DNA of 64,000 bases from an uncultured Candidatus Rokubacteria bacterium. Its GTDB lineage: Bacteria; Methylomirabilota; Methylomirabilia; Rokubacteriales; CSP1-6. The translations under genes were made by a program, and so were the position numbers. This document shows positions 33,109 to 46,321 of this stretch, in pieces; the stretch's first letter is position 1, and every line of letters begins with the position of its first letter. The stretch is taken from assembly GCA_963747235.1 (NCBI GenBank), contig CAVVEU010000040.1, positions 256,001 to 320,000 on the forward strand, read 5' to 3'. Below the pieces are notes generated by a model that saw nothing but the letters and a program-made list of their open reading frames with translations, did no database searches and was not told where the DNA came from.

Positions 33109-34283
33109 AGCCCCAGCGTCGCCTTCGCGATGATGTTCCGCTGGATCTCGTTGGAGCCCGCGTAGATCGTGGCTTTTCTCAGGTTGCAGTACCGAGGCGC
33201 GAGGCGGGCGGTGAAGTGGTCGAAGTCCATCGCGTCCACCGGCCGGAAGGCCTGGGCCAGCGGGCCCGCGGCCTGCATCATCAGCTCGGTGATGGCCTGC
33301 TGGATCTCGGTGCCCTTGATCTTGAGCATGGAGACGTCGGCGCCCGGGGGCTTCCCGCTGCGCCGCATCTGGTCGAGGAAGCGGAGGTTGGTGATCTCGA
33401 GCGCCATCAGCTCGACCTCCACGCGCGTGAGCCGGTCGCGGAAGCGCGGGTCCTCCATCAGCGGACGCCCGTCCTTCATCTGCTCGCCCGCCAGCTCCTT
33501 CAGCTTGGTCAGCTCGCGCTTGGAGGCGCCGATGCGACCGGTGCCCATGCGCTCGTAGCCCAGCAGGTACTTGGCCACCGTCCAGCCCTTGCCTTCCTCG
33601 TGCACGAGGTTCTCGGCGGGCACCTTGACCTCGTCGAAGAAGACCTCGTTGACCTCCTTGCTGCCGTCCATCAGGACGATCGGCCGCACGCTGATGCCGG
33701 GCGTCTTCATGTCGATCAGCAGGAAGGAGATGCCGTCCTGGCGCTTGCCGGTGCCGTCGGTCCGCACGAGGCAGAAGATCCAGTCGGCGTGCTGGGCCAG
33801 GGTCGTCCAGATCTTCTGGCCGGTCACCACGTAGTGATCGCCCTGGCGCACCGCGCGCGTCTTGAGCGAGGCCAGGTCCGAGCCCGAGCCCGGCTCCGAG
33901 TACCCCTGGCACCAGAAGTCCTCGCCCTGGAAGATGCGGGGCAGGAACTTCTTCTTCTGGGCGTCGGTGCCGAACTGCAGCAGCACCGGCGCGCACATGC
34001 GGAGCCCGAACGGGATGAGCGGCGGCGTGGCCGCGAAGCCGCACTCCTCCTCCCAGATGTAGCGCTGGACCAGGTTCCAGTCGGTGCCGCCCCACTCGGT
34101 CGGCCAGTCCGGCGCGACCCAGCCCTTCCTGGCCAGGATCTTGTGCCAGCGCAGGAGATCGTCCTTCGAGAGCTCCTGGTAGCCTTCCATCTTGGCGCGC
34201 AGCTCGTCCGGCAGGTTGCTCTTCAACCAGCCGCGGACCTCGTCGCGGAAGGCCAGCTCGTCGGGCGAATAGTTCAGATCCAT
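33105..34283 (-). CDS. Acyl-CoA dehydrogenase (PimC-like large subunit)
   Basis: WCQGYSEPGSGSDLASL, GQKIWTT, TIYAGSNEIQRNII. Confidence 0.9.
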   Translation of the reverse strand: MDLNYSPDELAFRDEVRGWLKSNLPDELRAKMEGYQELSKDDLLRWHKILARKGWVAPDWPTEWGGTDWNLVQRYIWEEECGFAATPPLIPFGLRMCAPVLLQFGTDAQKKKFLPRIFQGEDFWCQGYSEPGSGSDLASLKTRAVRQGDHYVVTGQKIWTTLAQHADWIFCLVRTDGTGKRQDGISFLLIDMKTPGISVRPIVLMDGSKEVNEVFFDEVKVPAENLVHEEGKGWTVAKYLLGYERMGTGRIGASKRELTKLKELAGEQMKDGRPLMEDPRFRDRLTRVEVELMALEITNLRFLDQMRRSGKPPGADVSMLKIKGTEIQQAITELMMQAAGPLAQAFRPVDAMDFDHFTARLAPRYCNLRKATIYAGSNEIQRNIIAKATLGL

Positions 34284-34336
34284 GTCAGGGCTCCTGTGGA
34301 ATCGTCGTTGATCGTGCGGCTCGACCGACCGCCATG

Positions 34337-35372
34337 CTATCGCAGGGCGCGAACGAGGTCCAGCAACCGGCCCAGGGTGGCGAGCCGGGCCGCGAGCCCC
34401 TCGCCGCCGGGCTCGACCCGCAGCGTGGTGACGCCGGCGCGCTGGTAGGCCAGAAGCCGCGCGCGCACCATGGCGTCGGTGCCGAGCAGGTTGGTCTGGA
34501 GCACCAGCTCGTCGGGCACGCGGGCCGTCGGCGTCGTCGCGCCGGCCGTCGAGCCACAGGCGCTGCACCTCGGTGGCCGCGTCCACGTAGCCCGCCCGGC
34601 GGTAGGCGTCGTTGTAGAAGTTGTGCTGGCGCGAGCCCATGGCGCCCAGGCTGAAGGCCAGGCCGGGCTTGCGCGGCGGGATCAGCCGCTCCACGTCGTC
34701 GCCGAAGGCGACGTAGCCGCCCGCCTGCAGGTCGAGCTGCGCGAGCGAGCGGCCCGCGCGCGCCGCGCCGGCGGCCAGCGAGTCGAAGAAGACGTGGGCG
34801 TGCTCGGGCATGAACGAGGTGCCGAGCCAGCCGTCGGCGATCTCGCCCGTCATCTCGAGGCTCTTCGGCGAGAGCGTGGCCAGGTAGATCGGCAGGTTCG
34901 GCTGGGGCGGCGCGGCGGAGCGGAGGGCCTTGCCCTCGCCGCCGGGCAGCGGCAGCTCGTAGACCTTGCCCTTGTACTCGAGGCGCTCGCCCCGGATCGC
35001 CCGCCGGACGATCTCGACGGTCTCGCGCATGCGCTGCACCGGCCGGTCGAAGCGGATGCCGTGCCAGCCCTCGATCACCTGCGGTCCGCTCACGCCCAGG
35101 CCCAGCAGGAAGCGGCCATTGGACATGGACTGCATGCTCATCGCGGTCATGGCCAGCAGCGCGGGCGTGCGGGTGCCGGCCTGCATGATGCCGGTGCCGA
35201 GGCGGATGCGCGAGGTGCGCGCGGCCATGAAGGCCAGCGGGGTGACGCCGTCGTGGCCCCAGGCCTCCGCGGACCAGACGTCGTCCACGCCCAGGCGCTC
35301 GGCCTCGGTCACGTAGCTGCTCGCCTCCGCCCAGTCGGTCTGGGCCAGGCGCAGCGAGATCGAGACGCGCAT
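34337..35372 (-). CDS. LLM-class F420-dependent oxidoreductase (frameshift near 3' end)
   Basis: WSAEAWGHD, GRFLLGLGVSGPQVIEGWHG. Confidence 0.88.
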
Positions 35373-35899
35373 CAGGCGGGGCGCGACGCCGCGAGAGCCG
35401 TCGCGATCTTCTGGAGCTGGCCGGCGTGATCGAGGTCGTGCAGCCGGGTGAAGAGCAGCGTCTCCCGCCAGGTGAGCGGGCCGAACATCGGGTGCTCGAT
35501 CCGCGCATCGGGGCCGGCGGCCGGATCGGCGGCGAGGACCTTCGCGAACAGAGCGCCGCGCTGCTCCGCGAGGAGGCGACACCACGCCTCGGCCGAGCGC
35601 ACGGGCGCGTCCTCGATGATCCCGCGCCCGTCTGATCGCGGGAGCGGCGGCCCGCCATCGAGCACGCTCACGATGCTGCCGGCGAAGTAGAGATCGGCCG
35701 CCAGCACGTGGGCCATCACCTCGTTGCCGCTCCACTCCTCGGGCGCGGGCCGCTCGCCGAAGCGCGCCGCCGGCACCGCCGCGGCCGCCGCCTTCAGGTC
35801 CGCCATCGCCTGCTGCACCTTCTCCACGATGGCCGCGGGCGTCAGCTTGGCCCCCTGCGCCACCAGATACCCCCGGATCCGCGCCTGCTCCTCGTCCAT
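35372..35899 (-). CDS. DinB-family protein
   Basis: EWSGNEVMAH, HPMFGPL, HDLDH. Confidence 0.82.
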   Translation of the reverse strand: MDEEQARIRGYLVAQGAKLTPAAIVEKVQQAMADLKAAAAAVPAARFGERPAPEEWSGNEVMAHVLAADLYFAGSIVSVLDGGPPLPRSDGRGIIEDAPVRSAEAWCRLLAEQRGALFAKVLAADPAAGPDARIEHPMFGPLTWRETLLFTRLHDLDHAGQLQKIATALAASRPA

Positions 35900-35938
35900 G
35901 GCGGCTGACTCTATCCCGCCCCCGCCCGCCCCGCAATG

Positions 35939-36023
35939 GGGGTCAGGTCTTGAATTACGACATTTCCGCTCGGCCGGACTTCGCCGTGAGGCGGCTAAAT
36001 GTCGTAATTCAAGACCTGACCCC
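35939..36023. repeat. REPIN-like element: 27-bp perfect inverted repeats around a 31-bp spacer
   Basis: ggggtcaggtcttgaattacgacattt ... aaatgtcgtaattcaagacctgacccc. Confidence 0.92.
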
Positions 36024-36025
36024 AT

Positions 36026-36862
36026 CTAGACGCCGACGGTGGCGAGGAAGGCGGCGATGACGGCCTGGACTTCGGCGCGGTGGGTGCGGTTGGGGAAGTG
36101 GGGGCCGCCCTCCACCACGTGCAGACGGGCGCCGGGGATGGCGTCGGCGACGCGGCGGGACATGGCCACGGTGGGGAAGCTGTCCTCGGAGCCCGCGATG
36201 ACCTGGACCGGGCAGCGGATGCGGCGGCAGTCGTCCAGCCACTCGACGCGGCTGTAGGTCTCGTCGAGCAGCGCGAGGAGCGAGGCCACCGAGTGGCGGC
36301 GGAGCGCGCCGGTCAGCTCCGCGTACCGATCGGGCCGCGCCTTGAGCCGGGCCAGCGCGGCCTCGCCCATGCGCAGGCGCACGTTGGCGTCGAAGTACTC
36401 CTCGAAGCGGCCCTCTTCCACCAGGGGCCGCTGGCGGGCCCACCAGGCCTTGTCCTCGTCGCTCGGCACGAAGGGCGGCCCGCTGATGGAGATGACCGCC
36501 CGCGCGCGCTCCGGGGCGTGCGCCGCGATCCACAGCGAGAGCGCGCCGCCCATGGACACCCCGCCCCACACCGCCTCGCGGATCCCGAGGCCGTCGAGCC
36601 ACGCCAGCAGGTCCTCTGCCTTGCGCGCGTAGGTGTAGTCCTCCACCCGCTCGAAGCGCGAGGAGAGCCCGTGGCCGCGCGTGTCGGGGAAGAGCGCGCG
36701 CACGCGCCCGAAGAAGGGCTCGAGATCCGCCACCATCACCGAGGAGTCTTCCACCGAGCCCCCGTGAATCCACACCACGACCGGAGCAGCAACAGGGCCC
36801 GCGGCGAGGCCGGCCTCCCGCCAGTGCAGGCGGACGCCGGTGGGCAGGACGACTTCAGGCAG
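36026..36862 (-). CDS. Alpha/beta hydrolase
   Basis: HGG, DTRGHG, GVSMGG nucleophile elbow, GGPHFP; start uncertain (CTG 36862 or GTG 36778). Confidence 0.85.
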   Translation of the reverse strand: MPEVVLPTGVRLHWREAGLAAGPVAAPVVVWIHGGSVEDSSVMVADLEPFFGRVRALFPDTRGHGLSSRFERVEDYTYARKAEDLLAWLDGLGIREAVWGGVSMGGALSLWIAAHAPERARAVISISGPPFVPSDEDKAWWARQRPLVEEGRFEEYFDANVRLRMGEAALARLKARPDRYAELTGALRRHSVASLLALLDETYSRVEWLDDCRRIRCPVQVIAGSEDSFPTVAMSRRVADAIPGARLHVVEGGPHFPNRTHRAEVQAVIAAFLATVGV

Positions 36863-37532
36863 GGCCGATCCTCTTCTCCAGGTAGCGCGCGTAGCGGGAC
36901 ATGGAGTAGGTGCAGACCCAGTAGACCACCGCGATGAAGAGGTAGAGCGGGAAGGGGCGGATCTCGCGGTTGTTCACCACCTGGGCGGCCTTGGTCAGGT
37001 CCATGAAGCCGATGATGGAGGCGAGCGAGGTGTCCTTGAAGAGCACGATGAACTGGGTCACCAGCGACGGGATCATGTTCTTGAGCGCCTGGGGCAGGAT
37101 CACGTAGCGCATGCCCTGCGACCCGCTGAGCCCGAGCGCGGTGCCCGCCTCGACCTGGCCGCGCGGCACCGACTGGATGCCCGCGCGCACGATCTCGCCC
37201 AGGTAGGCCGCCTCGAAGACCACGAACGCGGTCAGCGCCACCCCGAACTCCGGGATGGACGTCTTGAGCACGATGGGCATGATGAACCACATCCAGAAGA
37301 TCACCATGACCAGCGGGACGCCTCTGAAGAACTCCACGTATACGGTCGCCGGCATGCGGATCCACCACTGGGGGGCCAGGCGCGCGATGCCGATGAAGAT
37401 GCCGAGGAGGAAGCCCAGGATGATGGACGGGATGGCCAGGCGCAGGGTGCCGCCCACGAAGTTGCCGATGCCCAGGAAGCCCTGGAGCATCAGGAACGGC
37501 AGGTTGCGCCAGATGACGTCGAGATCGAGCAT
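36855..37532 (-). CDS. Polar amino acid ABC permease (GltK-like)
   Basis: FFRGVPL, EIVRAGIQS, FKDTSL. Confidence 0.88.
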   Translation of the reverse strand: MLDLDVIWRNLPFLMLQGFLGIGNFVGGTLRLAIPSIILGFLLGIFIGIARLAPQWWIRMPATVYVEFFRGVPLVMVIFWMWFIMPIVLKTSIPEFGVALTAFVVFEAAYLGEIVRAGIQSVPRGQVEAGTALGLSGSQGMRYVILPQALKNMIPSLVTQFIVLFKDTSLASIIGFMDLTKAAQVVNNREIRPFPLYLFIAVVYWVCTYSMSRYARYLEKRIGPA

Positions 37533-37534
37533 GG

Positions 37535-38258
37535 CTAGCGCCGCTGCCGCCCGCCGACGATGAGGCCGGGGATCGCGGTGCGCCGCTCCACCCAGGACAT
37601 GATCGAGGCGAGGGAGACGCAGAGCACCAGGTAGATGAGCGTGCCCGCGGTGAGCGCCTCGATGGCCTTGGCGGTGTAGGTCTCGATCTGGCGCGTCTGG
37701 AACGTGAGCTCGGCCACGCTGATGGTGAGCGCGACCGACGAGTTCTTGAGCAGGTTCAGGGACTCGTTGGTGCCCGGCGGAATGATGAGCCGGAGCGCCA
37801 CCGGCAGGATCACGTAGCGGTAGGCCTGGAAGGTCGTGAGCCCGGAGGCCACCGACGGCCTCGAGCTGCGTCTTCGGGATGGACTGGATGCCGGAGCGGA
37901 GGACCTCGGAGAAGCGCGCGCCGCTGTAGACGCCGAGCGCGAACACCGCGGCCCAGAACTCGAGCCCGTTGGCGAAGAGCCACTGCTGGACCGCCTCGGG
38001 CAGCAGCGGCGGCACCGCGAAGTACCAGAAGAACATCCAGACCAGCAGCGGCACGTTGCGGAAGAACTCCACGTAGAACGTGGCGGCCGCGCGCAGGGGC
38101 CAGAAGCGCACGGTGCGGAGCGAGCCGGAGACGATCCCGAGCGCGACCGCGATCAGCCAGGCGACGGCCGAGAGCTCGAGCGTCATGATGAGGCCGCTCA
38201 GCAGCCACTGGCCGGACTCGCCGGTCCAGAGCACCGACCACTTGAACTGGTAGTTCAC
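37535..38258 (-). CDS. Polar amino acid ABC permease (GltJ-like; frameshifted)
   Basis: FRNVPLLV, EVLRSGIQS, LKNSS. Confidence 0.85.
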
Positions 38259-38279
38259 CCGGCTCCTTCAGCCTTCAGC

Positions 38280-38326
38280 CCCCTCACCCTGCCCTCTCCC
38301 CTGAGGGGAGAGGGCAGGGTGAGGGG
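38280..38326. repeat. REP-like 22-bp perfect hairpin
   Basis: cccctcaccctgccctctcccc TGA ggggagagggcagggtgagggg. Confidence 0.9.
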
Positions 38327-38339
38327 TGGTTCGCGTGCC

Positions 38340-39204
38340 TTACTTGGGGACGACCTGGAGGAGCATGAAGCTGCGGACCTGGGGCGCCATCGGGTACGGC
38401 AGCTCGCCCTTGGCCCCGAACCACTTCTCGTAGATCTCGAAGAACTTGCCGGACTCGATGCCGTCCATCAGCCCGCCGTTGACGACGTTGCGGAAATCCG
38501 CGTCGCCTTTCCGCATGGCCATGCCGTAGGGCTCGTAGGAGTAGAAGTCGCCGACGATGTCCCACAGCGGCCGGATCCGGCGCCTTGGCCTTGAGCCCGG
38601 CGAGCTGGATGCCGTCATTGGTGTAGGCGTCCACCTGCCCCTGCACCAGCGCCTGGAAGGCGGCCGGCTGGTCCGGGAACTCACGCAGGATGCGCCTTGG
38701 GCGCCTTCTCCCGGATGATGCGGGCGTTGGTCGAGCCCTGCTGGGCGGCGATGCGCTTGCCGTCGATGTCCTTGATGCCCTTGATCGGGCTGCCCTTCTT
38801 GACCAGGAACTGCGCGCCGGTGACGAAGAACGTGATCGAGAAGTCCACGCTGTCGCGCCGCGTCCGCGTGTCCGTCATCGTCTCGGCGATCAGGTCCACC
38901 GCGCCGGAGGACAGGAGCGGGATCCGGGTCGGCGGCGCGCTCTCCTTCTTCTCGACCTTGATCGGCTTGCCGAGCTTCTTCTCGACCGCGGGCCTGATCA
39001 GCTCCTCGACCAGGTCGATGGAGAAGCCGACCCACTCGTTCCGGGCATTGACGTACGCGAACGGCGGCGACCCGGTCCGGGTGCCGATCGTCAGCGGCCC
39101 GTCTCGCTGATCTTGTCGAGGGTCATCTTCGTTTGCGCCGCCGCGGGCATCACCGACACGGCCAGCAGCGCCAGCACCATCACCACTCCAATGAATCTCC
39201 GCAT
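38340..39204 (-). CDS. Polar amino acid ABC substrate-binding protein (GltI-like; frameshifted)
   Basis: Signal peptide; PPFAY, GFSIDL, RIPLL, VDFS, EPYGM. Confidence 0.85.
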
Positions 39205-39226
39205 GCACATCCTCCTTGGTGAAGTC

Positions 39227-39967
<741 letters not shown>

Positions 39968-39969
39968 GG

Positions 39970-40467
39970 CTATTCGATAACCAGCAGGACGTCCCCGGGG
40001 TTCACCACCTGGCCGGCCGCGACGCGAATCTCCTTCACCGTCCCCGCCACCTGCGCCTTGAACTCGTTCTCCATCTTCATGGCCTCCAGCACGATGAGCC
40101 CGTCGCCGGGCGCGACGGCCTGGCCCACCGCGACCTCGATCAGCGTCACCTTCCCCGGCATCGGCGCCTTCAGCACCTGGCCCGCCACGTTGCCCTGGGC
40201 CCCGCGCGTCCGGATGATGTAGCGCGATTCCTCCTCGACGCGGATCGCGTAGCGCTCGCCCGCCACGTCCACCACGTAGACGCCGTCCTGCTCGGTGACG
40301 TCGGCCACGTGCGAGGCGCCGCCCAGCAGGATGGACCAGATGCCCTCGCCGGTCTCGCGCGCGTCCACCGCGAGGCGCTCGTCGCCGATGGTGACGGTGA
40401 AGCGGCCCTCGGCGCCCGCGATCTCGATGGGGATCGTCTCCCCGCCCGCCTGCGCCTCGAACTTCAC
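39970..40467 (-). CDS. Biotin carboxyl carrier protein
   Basis: APMPG, EAMKMEN; own GGAGG RBS before GTG. Confidence 0.85.
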   Translation of the reverse strand: MKFEAQAGGETIPIEIAGAEGRFTVTIGDERLAVDARETGEGIWSILLGGASHVADVTEQDGVYVVDVAGERYAIRVEEESRYIIRTRGAQGNVAGQVLKAPMPGKVTLIEVAVGQAVAPGDGLIVLEAMKMENEFKAQVAGTVKEIRVAAGQVVNPGDVLLVIE

Positions 40468-41986
40468 CGAGCTCCTCCAGCCCGGCCGCAGCGCCTGCCG
40501 CCAGGCGCCGGGCGTCGTGGCGGGCCCGCTGGGCGAGCCTCCGGCGGACGCCGGGCGCCCCGCGCGCTCGTAGGCGGTCAGCGCCGCCGCGATCAGCGCG
40601 ATCGTGCGGTGCCGGCCCGCCGCCTCCGGCTTGTCCGCCGCCAGCAGGCGCTCCATGAAGCCGGTGGAGAGGCGACCCGCCACGAAATCCGGGTGCGCGA
40701 TGATGCGCTGGAGGATCGGGATCGTGGTCTGCACGCCGGCCACCGTGTACTCGCCGAGCGCGCGCGCCATCCGCGCGATCGCCGCGTCGCGGTCGGGGCC
40801 CCAGACGATCAGCTTGGCCATCAGCGTGTCGTAGAAGCGCGGGATCGTGCAGCCCGCGTAGACGCCGGTGTCGTCGCGCACCCAGGGCCCGCCGGGCGCC
40901 CGCAGCCCCACGACCTTGCCGGGCGACGGGATGAACCCCGCGAACGGGTCCTCCGCGTTGACGCGGCACTCGATGGCCCAGCCGTGGAGCGCGACGTCGT
41001 CCTGGCCGAAGCCGAGCTTCTCTCCCGCCGCGATGCGGAGCTGGTCTCGCACGAGATCGCGCCCGGTCACCAGCTCGGTCACCGGATGCTCCACCTGCAG
41101 GCGCGTGTTCATCTCGAGGAAGTAGAAGTTGCGCTCGCGGTCCACCAGGAACTCCACGGTGCCCGCGTTCACGTAGCCGACCGCGGCGGCCACCTGACAG
41201 GCGGCCTCGCCCATGCGACGCCGCATCTCGGGCGTGACGAAGGGCGACGGGCTCTCCTCCACCAGCTTCTGGTGGCGGCGCTGGATCGAGCACTCGCGCT
41301 CGCCCAGGTACACGACGCCGCCGTGCGCGTCGGCCAGCACCTGGATCTCGATGTGCCGCGGCTCCTCCACGTAACGCTCGATGTAGACCGCGGCGTCGCC
41401 GAACGCGGCGCCCGCCTCCGAGCGCGCGGCCCGCAGCGCGCCGGTCAGCTCGCCGGGCGTGCGCACCAGGCGCATGCCCTTGCCGCCGCCGCCCATGGCC
41501 GCCTTCAGCATGACCGGGATAGCCCACGCGCTCGGCCACGCGCACCGCCTCCGCGTCGTCCGAGACCGGCTCCTCGGTGCCGGGCACCACCGGCACGCCC
41601 ATCTTGATGGCCACGCGGCGGGCGGCCATCTTGTCGCCCATCGCCCGGATGGCGGCCGGCGGCGGCCCGATGAAGGTCAGCTTCGCGTCGAGACAGGCCT
41701 GGGCGAACTTCGCGTTCTCGGCCAGGAAGCCGTAGCCCGGGTGCACCGCCTCGGCCCCGGTGGCGCGGGCGGCGGCGATCAGCTTGTCGATGACGAGGTA
41801 GCTCTCGGCGGCCGGCGGCGGCCCGATCGGCACCGCCTCGTCCGCGAGCAGCACGTGGAGGGACTCGCGATCGGCTTCGGAGAAGACGGCGACGGTCTGG
41901 ATGCCGAGCTCGCGGCACGCCCGGATGACCCGGACGGCGATCTCGCCGCGATTCGCGATGAGGACCTTCCCGAACGGGGCGCTCAC
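40464..41986 (-). CDS. accC: Acyl-CoA carboxylase biotin carboxylase subunit (frameshifted)
   Basis: [48 protein letters not shown]. Confidence 0.88.
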
Positions 41987-42028
41987 GTCAGCGAGCATGA
42001 TAGCAGCTAAACCCGCGCCCCCGCTGAC

Positions 42029-43063
42029 TTATTTGTCGAGCGCCTTGACGGCCTCCTCCACGAAGGAGGTGTCCACGATGGACCGCAGCGGCAGCGTCTT
42101 CTTCATGAAGCCGTTGGCCGTCCACCAGGCCATCTGCCGCTCGATGTCGGTCACGAGCAGGCGACCGTTGCGGTCCTGGAACGGAAAGCCGAGCCTGATG
42201 TTCTCGGGCCGGGCCCCCGTGTACTTCGCCGTGATCTGCACGACCTCTTCGTAGCCGGCGCCGGGCACGAGGCGGCCGTCCTTCTGCACCAGCGCGGCGT
42301 CGTGGTAGTGGCGCGAGGCCTTCACGTAGCCCTTCATGAAGGCCACCGCGCGGGCGCGATCGGTCGCGAGCTTGCCGGAGTAGAAGATGGTCGCGATCTG
42401 CCAGGGGTAGAGGTCCCCCGCCCACGCCATGATCTTGCCGAAGCCCTGCGCCTCCGCGGCGCCCGGGAAGGGCTGCGGCACCAGGATGGCGTCCACCTGC
42501 TTGCCCTTCAGCGCCTCCATGGTGGCCGGCATGGCCTGGAGCGGCACGATCTTCACGTCGGCCAGCGTCAGCCCGTCCTTCTCCAGGATGTTGCCGATGT
42601 GGTAGTGGAACGTGGAGCCGATCTGGGTGACGCCGATCCGCTTGCCCCGGAGATCCTTGATGGTCCGCAGCGCGCCGCTGTCCCACAGCTCCTTCTGCAC
42701 CACGATGGCCACCAGCGGGTACCCCGGCCACTCGCGCCCCTTGTCGGCCACGATCCAGAGCTTCTCGCCGCCCAGCACGATGTTGTAGAGCGCGGCGGTG
42801 AGGCCGGTGGCGCCCACGTCGAGCTGGCCCGCGGCCAGCGCGGTGGCGATGGGCGCCGCCGCCTGGAAGTAGACCAGCTCGGGCTCGACGCCGAACTCCT
42901 TGAAGTAGCCCTTCTCGACGCCGATGAAGATCGGCGCGGAGGACGTGAGCTTGAGCACGCCGACCTTGAGCGGCGCGGGCGCCTGCGCCTCCGCGCCGGG
43001 CGAGAGAGCGATGCCGCCCGCGAGTGCCGCGAGAGCCAGGACCAGCCAGGAGAGTCGTCGCAT
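42029..43063 (-). CDS. ABC substrate-binding protein (SsuA/TauA/NMT1 family)
   Basis: Signal peptide; EKGYFKEFG, DLRGKRIG. Confidence 0.85.
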   Translation of the reverse strand: MRRLSWLVLALAALAGGIALSPGAEAQAPAPLKVGVLKLTSSAPIFIGVEKGYFKEFGVEPELVYFQAAAPIATALAAGQLDVGATGLTAALYNIVLGGEKLWIVADKGREWPGYPLVAIVVQKELWDSGALRTIKDLRGKRIGVTQIGSTFHYHIGNILEKDGLTLADVKIVPLQAMPATMEALKGKQVDAILVPQPFPGAAEAQGFGKIMAWAGDLYPWQIATIFYSGKLATDRARAVAFMKGYVKASRHYHDAALVQKDGRLVPGAGYEEVVQITAKYTGARPENIRLGFPFQDRNGRLLVTDIERQMAWWTANGFMKKTLPLRSIVDTSFVEEAVKALDK

Positions 43064-43078
43064 ACGAGCAGCCTCCGA

Positions 43079-43875
43079 TCAGGTGTGACGCCAGCGGATC
43101 ACCGCGCGCTCGAGCCCGGAGAGCCCCCAGTGCGAGAGGACGCCGAGCAGCGAGAGCACGACGATGCCGACCATGAGCTTGGTGGTTTCCATCAGGTTGC
43201 CGGACTGCAGAATCAGGAAGCCGATGCCCGCGTCGGCCGCGATCTGCTCGGCGGCCACCAGCAGGAGCAGCGCGATCCCCGCGCCCAGCCGCAAGCCCGC
43301 GAAGACCATGGGCAGCGCCGAGGGCAGGATGACCTTGCGGATCACGCTCCACCGCCCCGCGCCGAAGGAGACGGCGGCCCGGATCAGCAGCGGATCGGCC
43401 TGGCGGACGCCCGAGTAGGTGTTGATGGCCATCGGAAAGAAGACGCCGAGCGCCACCACCGCGACCTTGGAGGCCTCGCCGATGCCGAGCCAGAGGATCA
43501 GCAGCGGCAGCAGCGCGATCTTGGGGATCGGGAACGTGGCCGCGATGAGCGGCTGCACCACCGCGTCGGCGAGCGAGAAGAAGCCCACCGCCACGCCCAC
43601 GCTGATGCCGGCCAGCGCCCCGATCGCGAAGCCCCAGGCCAGGCGCTCGAGGCTGGTCACGAGGTGCACGTGGAGCTGGCCGGAGACGGCCATGTCCCAG
43701 CCCTCCGCCAGCACGCCGATCGGCGACGGCAGGAAGAGCGAGGAGACGAGACCGGTGCGCGTGATCAGCTCCCACAGCACGACCAGGCCCACCAGGGCGA
43801 GGACGCGCACCGTGCGGTAGTCGGGCCGGCGCAGGAACGCGGTGCGGTCGTCCACGATGAAGCGCTCCACCGCCA

Positions 43876-43876
<1 letters not shown>
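43079..43876 (-). CDS. ABC permease (SsuC/TauC-like)
   Basis: PIPKIALLPL, LPSALP, VAAE. Confidence 0.88.
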
Positions 43877-44673
<797 letters not shown>

Positions 44674-44674
44674 C

Positions 44675-46232
44675 CTAGCGCCGCCGCAAGGCGAACCGCT
44701 GGATCTTGCCGGTCGTGGTCTTGGGCAGCTCGGCCACGAAGTCCACCCAGCGCGGCGACTTGTAGCCCGCCAGGCGCTTGCGCACCAGCGCCTGCAGCTC
44801 GGCGGCGAGCGCGTCGGTGCCGGGCTCGCCGTCGCGCAGCACGCAGAAGGCGTGGGCCTTGGTGAGCCCGTCGGCGTCCCCGCGCCCGACCACCGCGGCC
44901 TCCAGCACCGCCGGGTGCTCGCCCAGGCACGCCTCGATCTCGACCGGCGACACCCACATACCGCCGACTTTCAGCATGTCGTCGCCCCGGCCGCAGAAGT
45001 AGAAGTAGCCGTCGGTGTCCTGGTAGAACATGTCGCCGGTGCGCAGCCACTCGCCCTGCATCGTGGCCCGGGTGCGCTCGTGGCGGTTCCAGTAGTACGC
45101 CGCGGTGGAGTCGCCCTTGATCAGGAGCTGGCCCACGAAGCCCGGCGCCACCGGCCGGTCCTGGTCGTCCACCAGCCGCGCCTCGTAGCCCGGGATCACC
45201 CGCCCACTCGAGCCCGGCCGCGCCTCGCCCGGCCGGTTGGCGATGTAGTCGTGCAGCGCCTCGGTGGAGCCCACCACGTCCAGCAGCTCGTGGCCGAAGC
45301 GCGACTTCCAGGCGTGGAAGATCGCCGGCGGGCAGCGCCTCGCCGGAGGACACGCAGAGCCGGAGCGAGGAGAGATCGAACCGCCGCTCCGCCCCTTCGA
45401 CCTGCAAGAGCCGGCGATACATGGTGGCCACCGCGAACAGCATGCGTGGGTCGCTCGGCCTGGATCAGCTCGAAGATCGCGCTCGGCCTCCAGGCGCTCC
45501 GGCACCAGCACCGACGCGGCGCCCACCAGCGCCGGGAAGTAGAGCGAGTTGCCGAGGCCGAACGCGAAGTGGAGCTTCGACGCCGAGAAGATCACGTCGT
45601 CCGCCGCGATGCCGAAGGTCCCCCGCCCCACCCGCTCCGCCGCGTGGACCAGGTTGCGATGCAGGTGCACCGCGGCCTTCGGGCGCCCGGTCGAGCCCGA
45701 GGTGTAGAGCCAGAGCGCCACGTCGTCGCGGCTCGTGTCCGCCGCGGCCAGCTCGGGCGAGGCCTTCTCCAGCAGCCGCTCGTACTCGAGCGCGCCGCGC
45801 CGGCGGCCGCCCACCACGATCACGCTCTCCAGCGCCGGGCACTGGGCGCCGGATCTTCAGGATCTCGGCGGCGGCCGTCTCGGAGGCGATCACCGCCCGG
45901 GCACGGCTGTCCTGGAGCAGGAACGCCAGCTCCTCGGCGGGCAGCGCGTCGCTCACCGGCACCGGCACCGCGCCGATCTTCATCGTGCCCCAGAAGGCCT
46001 CGGCGAACTCGGGCCGGTCCGGCAGGGCCAGGAGCACGCGCTGCTCCATCTGGACGTCGCGGGCCAGGAGCGCGTTGCCGAGACGGTTGGCGCGGAGGGC
46101 GATCTCGCCGTAGGTGACGTCGCGGCCGGCGAAGCGGAAGGCGGTGCGGGCGCCGCGGCCCTCGGTGACGTGGCGGTCGAGGAAGTGGGTGGCGGCGTTG
46201 AACCGATCGGGGACGTCGATGGCCGCCGCCAT
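44675..46232 (-). CDS. Benzoate-CoA ligase family protein (frameshifted)
   Basis: [33 protein letters not shown]. Confidence 0.88.
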
Positions 46233-46321
46233 GCGCCCGATTCTAGCAGCACCTCCCCGATCCGCGCGCTCTTGACTGCCCCGCGGCGTCGGGCACGCCG
46301 GGGCCCTCGAGCCCGACGGAT

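Noticed and set aside
33105-35936. 943-aa LLM/acyl-CoA dehydrogenase fusion
   Set aside because: A frameshift near 34530 bypasses the LLM stop; the dehydrogenase has its own AGGAG RBS
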